Shown here one piece after another: positions 12,160-21,956 of a stretch of 64,000 nt of DNA. A program made the position numbers and the translations under genes. A model generated the notes under the pieces. The model was not told the origin of the DNA. It saw only the letters and a program-made list of their open reading frames with translations, and did not search any database. The stretch comes from Takakia lepidozioides (Eukaryota; Plantae; Bryophyta), in contig CM060734.1 of the NCBI GenBank assembly GCA_030704615.1, positions 1,922,001-1,986,000 of the forward strand, in the 5' to 3' direction. Every line of letters begins with the position of its first letter. Position 1 is the first letter of the stretch.

Positions 12160-12891
12160 TGTCGCGGCCCTTTGCCTTGAGGGTAGGGGTTTGGGACGCA
12201 GGAGGCGCTGCCCCTGTGGTGGGGGCAATGGCAGCGCTAGGTACGGGGGGCTGAAGCACCCTTGAGTGCCCAAGGCACTCAAGGAGGCGGAGGCGGAGGT
12301 GCTCACTAGGTGGAGCCCCGCACACCGGGTTGCGGTGGGGGTGACTCCACAAGGGGTGGTGGTAGTTTAGTGGGACTTAGTGGGGGTGGCATAGGACTCA
12401 CCATGGGGCGGAGACCTTGTGGTGGGAGTTGTGGGGAGTCTTGGGACTCATCACGGTCCAATGGGGCCGTGGTGGGTGGGGCAAGACTCACCGCGATTCA
12501 TCGCCGGGAATCGAGGGTCTTCGTGGTGGTTCGCCATAAAATGGCATGGTTGTTTGTGAAACCCCCGCGGACAGTCACAAAAGTATATATAGGGAGTAGT
12601 AACCCCGAGAACGGTGCAAGCCCGTTGGTGACCAAAAACTAGTGAGTAAGCAAGCGAGCCGGAAAGCGACCAAGGAGTGGGGAGCTATTCCGGACTGCCA
12701 TCTACCAAAGGGAATTTCCACTAGGCCTAAATTGGTGGAGGGTCTGGTGGGAGAGTAAAGGGGGACCGTTATGTCCCGGTGAGCAGCCGAAGCTCCAAGT
12801 TGGCCCGGCGGCCAGGTTGGGAGTTAGGCGCGCGCATCAAAGCGAGTAACTATGACTTGAAGGGGAACTTACCAAAGTGAGGTGCGCGACA
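12160..12891 (+). repeat. 5' LTR of A (732 bp)
   Basis: TGTCGCG...CGCGACA; homologous to 46754-47476 and to the split 3' LTR. Confidence 0.93.
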
Positions 12892-12893
12892 CT

Positions 12894-12905
12894 TGGTATC
12901 AGAGC
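12894..12905 (+). promoter_or_regulatory. Primer-binding site, tRNA-iMet type
   Basis: TGGTATCAGAGC, 2 nt after the LTR end. Confidence 0.92.
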
Positions 12906-12946
12906 TTAGAGTTCAGTACGCAATCGTCCTTGGGATCGGCCTCATC

Positions 12947-14300
12947 ATGGGGTCGGGCAAGCCAAAGCGAAAGCGGAACGGCCCGAAAGATGATGATCCT
13001 GGTGAGCCCGATGGGGGCGACGTGTCACCGAAGCGACCATTTGAGGAAGCGATGCATGCTTTTGAGAGCAAGGCCGCTCAAGAACGGGAGGAATCTGAGG
13101 AGTTGGAGCTCGAGGAATCCTTGAGAGCTCCGACAGACGTACAGATGCCTCCCATGCCAGCAGCCTTCTGGGAAGGGTTGTTGGCGCAGTTTGGCGGGAC
13201 GTTGAAAGACATTTTGAGGGCGGCTAATGCCACTTCCACTAAGGCAAAGTTTAAGGTGAAGCCTAAGGAACCCGGCACCTTTGAGGGCGTCCGAAATCGG
13301 AAAGCACTCAACACCTGGCTCTTGGAGCTAGAGCAGTACTTCCGGGCGGCCAAGTTGAGTGACGAGGATCGGGTGGAAGTGGCTCCCACCTATTTAAGGG
13401 GCTATGCTCAACAATGGTGGCAGAAACGCCTTCACGACCGAGGTCCAAACCCGGAAACCTTGAACTGGAGTGGGTTCAAGGAACTGATGAAGAGACAGTT
13501 TGTGCCCCTCAACGCGTCCTGGCTCGCCCGTGACAAGATGAGGAATCTGAAGCAAACGGATGACATTCAGGGATATATTCAGGCTTTCAATGTGCTGTTG
13601 CTCGAAGTCACGGACATGGCAGAACCATAAATGTTCTTCAACTTTGTGGCGGGACTGGCCCCATGGGCCAGACGGAAGTTGGAGGAGAAGCCACCTAAGA
13701 CTTTGAACGAGGCAATTGAGAGGACTGAATATTTCTCGGATGTCCCTAGGGGCGAAAGACAAGGCCGTACGGAGCTGAACCACAAGAAGACCCGGCGGGA
13801 GGGTGACTCCTTCCGACCGGAAAAGAAGTGGGATAGGCCACGCGGCGACAATGGCACGTGGAAATCGAAGGGAGGTCCTTCTCACGTCAAGGCGGCACCC
13901 GGTGCTCCGAAAGAATAATCAGGTGCGGTGGCTTATGGCGGACAGAATGTGACCTTCGATGGGGTGTGTTTTTATTGCGGGGAGCCCGGGCACATAGCTA
14001 AGAAATGCGCAAAACCCCGACAATTGAACATGACTCGGGCGACCACAGAGCTGTCGGAAGATTCCATCAGCCGCTTGGTGGAAGCGGTGGTCGCCAAGAC
14101 TTGCAAGGTAGGCAACTACTCTTGTGAGTTGTATCAGGAAACTGGTGCCCTGTGTAAAGGGAGTCAGTTATTTTTCGTGAGTGGGATAATTTCTGGAACT
14201 AACGTGTTGTCGTTGGTGGACACATGAGCGTCGCACTCCTTCATGACACCGGCAACGACACGGAAGCTGGGACTCCCGACAAGTGAGGTGGGGGCCTCTA
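12947..14300 (+). pseudogene. gag: A gag (capsid, CCHC knuckle) and protease, with premature stops
   Basis: PGTFEG..WL..LEQYF, YLRGYAQQWW, LKQTDDIQGY, CFYCGEPGHIAKKC, protease LVDT*ASHSF. Confidence 0.9.
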
Positions 14301-14389
14301 TGGACGTGAAAACTTCACCATTTGCGAGATCGATGGAGTGGATCTAATTTTGGGGATGACCTTTTTGAGCAGATCCGGAGTGGTCATAG

Positions 14390-17365
14390 ATGGCCGCAAG
14401 AGAGATGCTGCCGTGTGGGAATGGTGGTGAAGTTTTACGAGTGTCGGAAACGCCCAAACCCGTGGGAGGGCGAATAAACCTTCTGTCAACAAGGGAGTGG
14501 GCTGTGGAGGAGCCACACGAGCCCCAGTTTTTGCTTTACGTAAGACAAGTGAAAGGAGAAGGCGATGGAGAGCCGAGCCCATATTGGATCAAGGGGATCT
14601 TGGAGAAATACCAGGATGTGATGCCGGAGGATTTACCAAGCGGCTTGCCACCGCGAAGAGGACTTGACCACAAGATTGAGGTGATACCGGGATCGGAGCT
14701 GCCTGCCAAGGCGCCCTACCGGTTGAGCCACGGAGAGTTGGTTGAGCTGAAGGCTCAGCTCAAGGATCTAATGTCAAAGGGGTACATCCGGCCGAGTAAG
14801 TCACCTTACGGAGCCCCGGTGCTGTTCGCAGACAAGAAGGATGGGACGCTGCGGATGTGTGTCGATTACATGGCCCTGAATAAGGTGACTATCAAGAACC
14901 GGTACCCTTTGCCAAGGATCAACGACCTCTTCGATCGGTTGGCAGGAGCAAAGTATTTCAGCCGGATCGATTTGCGCTCCGGGTATCATCAGATCCGAGT
15001 GGCGGAAGGAGATGAGGAGAAGACCGCGTACAGGACAAGATATGGTTTGTATGAGTTCTTGGTGATGCCTTTTGGGCTCACCAACGCACCCGCGACCTTT
15101 AGCACGCTAATGAATAGCCTTTTCCAGGAGTGGTTGGATGACTTTGTGATCATATACATCGATGACATACTGGTGTACTCGAAAACAAAGGAAGAGCACC
15201 TGGAGCACCTCAAAAGGGTGTTCCAGAAATTGCGGGAAGGGAAGCTGTATGCCAAAGTTTCAAAGTGCGAATTCGGGGTCACAAAAGTGGAGTTCCTGGG
15301 GCATGTGATTACACAGGATGGGATCAAAATGGATGACAGAAAAGTGAGAGCAATCTTGGACTGGGAGCCTCTGACTTCGGTCCCGGGAGTGCGATCCTTC
15401 CTAGGACTCGCCTCCTATTACCGGAAGTATGTGAGAAATTTTGCCAAGATCACGGGGCCGCTATCAGACCTTCTGTGTAAATCCAAAGTCTCGGTATGGA
15501 ACACCTTTTGTGGCCAAGCTTTTGCCGAGTTGAAGCAGCGGATGGCAGAAGCTCCAGTCGTCAAAATCCCGGAGTTCGACCGTCCATTTGAGATTAATAC
15601 GGATGCGCCGGACTTCGTAATAGGGGGTGTACTCATGCAGGATGGACGTCCAGTGGCTTATGAAAATAAGAAACTGAATGAAGTGGAGCAACGGTGGCCT
15701 ATGCATGAGAAGGAAATGAAGGCGGTGGTGCATTGCTTTGAGCTTTGGCGCCACTATGTTGGTTCCAACCTGGTGAAGGTGTTCACGGACAATGTCACGG
15801 TGAAGTATATTGCCACGCAGCCTAAGTTGTCCCCAAAACAACTTAGGTGGCAAGATACTTTGGCGGTGTTCGACGTGGATATCCAGTACAAACCGGGACG
15901 AGACAATGTGGTGGCCGATGCTTTAAGTAGAAAGCAACAGCTCATGTTGGTGTACAGGGGCGAGACGACGCTCCCAAAGAAGATCCGGAAGGCTTACCGA
16001 AAAGATGAGATGACGAAGTCCGTGATGCGGGTTAAATCGCAGTTCTTCTTGCAAAATCGACTGCTCCGGTATAAGCAAAAGCGTCTCTACGTACCGAAGG
16101 GAGGGATCAGAGATAGTCTCTTGAAAGAATGCCATGATGGCCCGCTTGCGGGCCACGGCGGAGCCAAGCGCACCGCGGCACTCTTGAAGAAAGAGTATTT
16201 CTGGCCCAAACTGAGGGACGAGGCCGAGGAGTATGTCAAGACATGCACCACATGCCAACAAAACTGGAGCGAGTACAAAAAGCAAGCGGGGCTGTTACAA
16301 CCCTTGCCGATTCCAGAGGGGTCTTGGGAAAGTGTCTCGATGGATTTCATGATTGCTATGCCACTGTCAAAAGGATTCAATGCGATCATGGTGGTGGTGG
16401 ATAGGTTCAGTAAAATGGGCCCATCCCCACCAAGGAGACGACAACGGCGCAGGAGACGGGGCGACTTTACTTCAACTCCCGAACTGAAGAGAAACATCGA
16501 ACGCCAACCTCGTCGCCAATTGTGGTTCTCCTTTAGCAGAACGCCTCCAAGCATCATGGACTTCCGAAGGATATTGTCTCGGACCGTGATCCAAAGTTTA
16601 CGAGTAAATTTTGGAGGGCACTTTGGAAGAAGATGGGGACGAGGCTCAAGATGAGCACCACCTTCCAACCTACGACGGACGGCCAAACAGAAAGGGTGAA
16701 TTCCGTGGTGAAGCAAATCTTGCGGAATTACGTGTCGGCAGACCAATCGGACTGGGTGGAGCACTTGGATGCGGCAGAGTTCTGTTATAATAACACAAAA
16801 CACTCCGCAACGGGAGTTTCCCCTTTTGTATTGGTCTATGGAAAAGCACCTCTGGTGCCGACAAGTTGGGCCGCCCAAGACGTTGAGGAACCGGCAGCAG
16901 CAGCGGTGCTGGAAGAACGCGAGCGTTTTTTGAAGCTCGCAAAGTACAACATTGCCAAAGCTAGGAAACGGTATGAACGGCAGGCAAATCGGAAGCGGAG
17001 GGAAGTTAAGTTTGAAGCAGGCATGGAGGCCTGGTTGAACATCAAGAATTTCCGACTACCTCTGGAAGTGAGTCCGAAGTTCGTACCTCCGTATGCGGGA
17101 CCCTTGTGCATGAATGAGGATGTGTATGAATTGGAGGTGCCGGCAAACAGCAAGGTGCATCCGGTATTCCACGTCTCCTTTTTGAAGCCGTACTTCAAAA
17201 ATAAAGCACGTCCAAATCGGCATCAAGTGTTGCGTCCGCCACCTGTGCTGTTGGATCATGAAAATGAACCTGAGTACGAGGTGGAGGCAGTGCTTAAGTC
17301 GAGGAGGTTCAAGAATCGAGAAACGGAGTATCTCGTGAAATGGAAGGGCTATCATCATGTGGAGG
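14390..17365 (+). pseudogene. pol: A pol: RT, RNase H, integrase, chromodomain (frameshifted)
   Basis: [29 protein letters not shown], RNase H TDA.DF.IGGVL, H..P..GH.G/CxxC, SMDF, DGQTERVN, chromodomain EYEVEAVLKSR..EYLVKWKGY cut at 17365. Confidence 0.93.
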
Positions 17366-18439
17366 TCACTAAGTCCCACTAAGCTACCACCACCCCTTGT
17401 GGAGTCACCCCCACCGCAACCCGGTGTGCGGGGCTCCACCTAGTGAGCGCCTCCGCCTCCTTGAGTGCCTTGGGCACTCAAGGGTGCTTCAGCCCCCCGT
17501 ACCTAGCGCTGCCACTGCCCCCACCACAGGGGCAGCGTCTCCTGCATCCCGACCCCCTGCCCTCAAGGCAAAGGGCCGCGACACATACCCCTACCAACAG
17601 GGAGTCGATGTCCTCATCGATTTGTCCATTTTGTAGAAGCGAACATCCAAGTTGTGGCGTCCCACATCAAGGAGTTTGTTTCCATACCATGGCGTCCCAT
17701 GGCAAAGAACCAAACCCCACACTTGACTCTACTCTCCACTAGCTAGTTCGGCCGACTTCCTCCAAGTCCCGGCCAAGGGTGGAGCCTCTCAAGCTCCTCC
17801 CAGTGCACTCTTCTTGGCCTACTCCAAGGCCAATGAATGATCCTCCACGAGGATCGAATCGCCTTACTGCAACAACATTGCTTGCGACCGCTCATGATGC
17901 CACTTTTGGCATCACCTTTTTTTTACTATGAACCAACCGTGCGCCCCAATCACTATAATTGGGTCCGCCTTGGAATGCTGGCCTGAGGTACGGGAACACG
18001 CCGAAGTTGCACTATGTCTTCGTCCCGAGGCTACACAATTATAGTACGTGAACGGAAGCACGTAGCTTCCACGTTAGCCCGCACTACAAGGCAACCCCCT
18101 CGGTAACGCAGTTATAGTACGCGCACGCGCCAGGTGCGCACTAGCACGTGAACTCCCCTAGGAAGGCGCAAGTTTCCTTGCCCCTTGGATGGGAGTCACC
18201 CGATTTCGGCACTACGCAAACACACGATTAATCCAATTTACCTCTTCCACTTTTGTAAGCTAGCATGCATTCTACACACTAGTCAACCATACCATGCATC
18301 AACATTCCAAATAAAATAGGACGCACAACATTTGGAAACCATTTCATTTATAACAAAATTTGTACAATATATCGTGCGCATACATATCGCTACACAACTA
18401 CATCGCTGTCCAAAACCACACAACACATGTGCACACCAC

Positions 18440-18540
18440 ACACTAGTATACCACTAGTCCACCACTAGTCCAGCCACTAGTCCAACCACTAGGCTACAAC
18501 TAGTCAGTCACTAGCTGCCCACTATGGCAGTCACTAGTCC
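18440..18540. repeat. CCACTAGT short tandem array in the B 3'-terminal module
   Basis: About 7 imperfect cactagt units; absent from B-prime. Confidence 0.7.
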
Positions 18541-18805
18541 ACACAATCGCCCCCCTAGCTGGTGCTTAGGTCCCTCTAAGTCCAGGTAGCCACAAGATGT
18601 GATAGTGACCATAGCCTCACTAAGTCCTCCACCACTATCCCTACTACACTCAAACTCGATAGATCAAGAGGCCGGGTGCAAGAGTTGCCCCATCGTTAGT
18701 CGCCGTCTTGCAACCTGTGAACTTGAGCTTGGGATCTCATGTATTGACTCCTATGAGCTTGGCCTCCCATGTCTTGTTAGCTGCCTCCAGTCATGTCCAC
18801 TGCCA

Positions 18806-21250
18806 CTATCCCAAGCAGTGTGGACACAACCAATCTCCGTCAGGAACCTTCTCAAGAGGTGGTGTCAAGCATCCCATATGCCAACCCCTTGAGCATCGAT
18901 CACACACCAGCATGGTGGCTGCCCCTTTGGCAGACCCACAGAGCATGCACCTCAAACCTGCAGGTACCACTGCCAAGTTTGGGTCAACTCTGCCATCGAC
19001 ATTGGGAAGGTGACATGGCGCACAATTACGCACATGGTCCTTCCAAGTCATGCCATCCCGACCCTCCAAGATCAGGACCCCTGAGGGCAACACCTCTCGA
19101 ACCCTCAGAATAACACGCCCTGCAGTAACATCCAGAGTCGTAGGAGCAGTCTGCTGCAAATAAACATAGTCACCAGGGCTAAACCTCCGAACCCCAGGAC
19201 GATATCCTCCACCACGTATAGTGGCATACCTCAACGTATCACGGTGCTGTGCAATGGCAAGGTTCTCAAAAGCCATGGGCATGACTTTCTTGAACAACTC
19301 TGCACGCTGATCACATGCACGTACCCACACGTCCGGATCGTCAAGGTTAAGGACTTGAGCAGTGTCCCTACGAATGGCTGCAGGCAAATCCGGCTCTCGG
19401 CCAAAGAGAAGGAAATATGGTGAGAAGGAGGCAAGTGATGCTTGTTTGCTGAACCTGTAGCCCATGGCTAACCAAGGAACCTGAAGATCCCAATCTCCTA
19501 GGTGTCCCTTCTGCAAGCCATACTTGCGCAAACCCCTCTTCACCGTCTGAACAACTCTCTCTGCTAAGCCATCGGCCTCAGGATGATCCCGAGAAGTGGT
19601 GCGGTGGTCTATCAAGGCTTTATCACACAAAGCCTGAAACTCCCCCAAGAACTCTCTCCCTTGGTCCGTGAGTACCTCAGCTGGAGCACCAAATCGGCTA
19701 AGCACACGATCCAAGAATGCATACGCAGCCCCCTCACTAGCCTTGTCAGGCAATGGAACCAACTCAATCCACTTGGAGAAGTGCTCCACCATCACCAACA
19801 CATATCTGTGGTGGCGCATAGTCAGTGGCAACGGTCCTGCGAAGTCAAGACTCCACCTGTAGCCCAATCCCATGATTGGTAAAGGATGCAACTGTGGTGT
19901 AGGGGCGTTGAATGAAGCACGCACCCTGTCACACACCATGCACCTAGCCACGAACTGTTGCACCTCTGTATGCATACCACGCCACCAATACTGCCCCTGC
20001 AGTAAACTGTGAGTGCGTCGCACTCCAAAATGCCCCAACTCCTCATGGGCATGCCGCACTAACCGTGCACGCTGTGTGGGGTGAGGCACAATCCTCACCC
20101 GACCATCCTCCCACACTCGAAGTAGGTGTATCCCCTCCCACTTGAACCTCTTGGCTCGTTGCAGGATCCGATCCCTCTCCCTGGCAGTCACAGTGGCTGC
20201 CGTGTCTCCCGTGCGGAGGTAGTCCAACACAGCCGAATCCTCATGTATATCTCTGGCACCACCTGGCTCATCACTAGCCTCAGGGTCCTCAGACACTCCG
20301 TCTACAGTCATCCCTGTTGTAGGTCCAACCTGACCTCCCGATGCCAAGATACACAAAAATGCAGATGCGTGCCATCCCGGCACCATCTCCTCGTCCGTCT
20401 CACCATGCCACCGAGCTCCAGTGTCATCCTGCTGGCTCATGCATGGATTGCGACTCAATCCATCCGCATCCCGATTGACCAAACCCGGTCGATGCACAAC
20501 CTGAAAGTCATACTCCTGGAGTATGAGTGCCCACCGTGCAAGCTTCCCCGTAAGCTTGTCTGACTCCATCAACCACTTGAGTGGCTGGTGATCCGTGACA
20601 AGGGTGAAAAGATTGCCGTATAGATAGCACCTGAAGTGTGCCACGGCCCACACTGCAGCTAAGCACTCTCCCTCATATGAGCTGTACTTAGCCTCTGCAG
20701 CGTTGTTCGAGCGGCTAGCATAAGCCACTACGAACTCTCTTCCCTCATCATCCACCTGTGTGAGCACCGCTCCAAGCCCCAGCATGCTCCAATCCGTATG
20801 CAGCTGAAAGGGACGCCCCCTGATAGGTCGTCTCAGGATAGGCGCCGAGGTCAACCTCGCCTTGAGCTCTTGAAAAGCTCGTTCCTGCTCATCTTCCCAC
20901 TGCCACTCCTGGTCCACCTTGGTCAGCTTGGTTAGAGCCTTTGCAATGGTACTAAATCCCTTGACAAACCGTCTATAATAGTTTGCCAACCCCATGAAAG
21001 CTCGAACTCGGCTCACATCCGTGGGGCGTGGAATTTGTGCAATGGCCTCTACCTTAGTCTGCTGTACCCCCAATCCTCCAGGATATATCATGTGACCCAG
21101 ATACTCAATCTGGTTGTGGAAAAACTTGCACTTCCCCGGATGCAACTTCAATCCGTGCGCTCTCAAGCGCTCCAATACCACCTGAACGCATCCACACATG
21201 CTGAGGTGTCTCATGCTCCTCCATCGTAACACTAAAGATGATGATGTCAT
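18806..21250 (-). CDS. pol: B pol C-terminal part: RT thumb, RNase H, HHCC+DDE integrase, PHD finger (18806-18949)
   Basis: LHTDWSMLGLGAVL, YEGECLA, VTDHQPL; HAHEELGHFG..CMVC; SLDFAGP, TDQGREF, DGLAER; C4HC3 CMLC..MLVCDRCSRGWHMGCLTPPLEKVPDGDWLCPHC. Confidence 0.93.
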   Translation of the reverse strand: MTSSSLVLRWRSMRHLSMCGCVQVVLERLRAHGLKLHPGKCKFFHNQIEYLGHMIYPGGLGVQQTKVEAIAQIPRPTDVSRVRAFMGLANYYRRFVKGFSTIAKALTKLTKVDQEWQWEDEQERAFQELKARLTSAPILRRPIRGRPFQLHTDWSMLGLGAVLTQVDDEGREFVVAYASRSNNAAEAKYSSYEGECLAAVWAVAHFRCYLYGNLFTLVTDHQPLKWLMESDKLTGKLARWALILQEYDFQVVHRPGLVNRDADGLSRNPCMSQQDDTGARWHGETDEEMVPGWHASAFLCILASGGQVGPTTGMTVDGVSEDPEASDEPGGARDIHEDSAVLDYLRTGDTAATVTARERDRILQRAKRFKWEGIHLLRVWEDGRVRIVPHPTQRARLVRHAHEELGHFGVRRTHSLLQGQYWWRGMHTEVQQFVARCMVCDRVRASFNAPTPQLHPLPIMGLGYRWSLDFAGPLPLTMRHHRYVLVMVEHFSKWIELVPLPDKASEGAAYAFLDRVLSRFGAPAEVLTDQGREFLGEFQALCDKALIDHRTTSRDHPEADGLAERVVQTVKRGLRKYGLQKGHLGDWDLQVPWLAMGYRFSKQASLASFSPYFLLFGREPDLPAAIRRDTAQVLNLDDPDVWVRACDQRAELFKKVMPMAFENLAIAQHRDTLRYATIRGGGYRPGVRRFSPGDYVYLQQTAPTTLDVTAGRVILRVREVLPSGVLILEGRDGMTWKDHVRNCAPCHLPNVDGRVDPNLAVVPAGLRCMLCGSAKGAATMLVCDRCSRGWHMGCLTPPLEKVPDGDWLCPHCLG

Positions 21251-21956
21251 CTATGTAGCACCGAGCAAAGTCCACCCCTGCTAGAATCCTATCCATGACT
21301 CTCTGAAACTCTGCAGGAGCATTCTTAAGCCCAAATGGTAAGAACCGCCACTGATATAGGCAATCCTTGCCGTGCTCATTGATCCCCCAGAATGCCGTCT
21401 TCTGCTTGTCCGCCTCCTTGATTGGCAACTGGTGATATCCGGATCGTAAATCCAAAGTGCTAAAGGCCTTAGCATGCCCGATGGCATCAAAGATCTCCTC
21501 TGGTGTTGGCATGGCATACTTATCGGACTTGGTCTGACGATTTACAGGCCGGTAATCACCGCACATACGTCTCTCCGTCCAATTGCCATAGACATCCTTC
21601 TTGGCTGGCATCACTGTGGCTGAAGCATACTCTCCACCAGAGAGCTCCACCAAACCTGCCTCCCAGAGATCTTGAGTCCTCATCTGAATCAAAGACCTCT
21701 CCATGTCACTGTATCTATAGGGTCTCCGAAAGATTGGCGTGTCAGTGGCCAACTCAATACGGATCTCTTGACCCTTCAGTGCTCCCAAGTCCTTCAAACT
21801 GAAGGCAAAGCAATTCCTGTAAGCCCTCAGGAACCGCCGTATACGTCGTCTCTCTCCTCCGGTGACAATGGGTCCAATGTCAGGCTCCCAATTGTCCTCC
21901 GTAACTGCAACCTTAAGTCCAGTGGGCTTAGAGGTAGAGGACGCGTCCAGTGGTTG
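21195..21956 (-). CDS. B reverse transcriptase, in frame with the upstream ORF across TAG 21957-21959; frameshift after YIDD
   Basis: [45 protein letters not shown]. No stop between 21956 and 21797 (QPLDASS...FLRAYRNCFAFSLKDLG). Confidence 0.92.
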
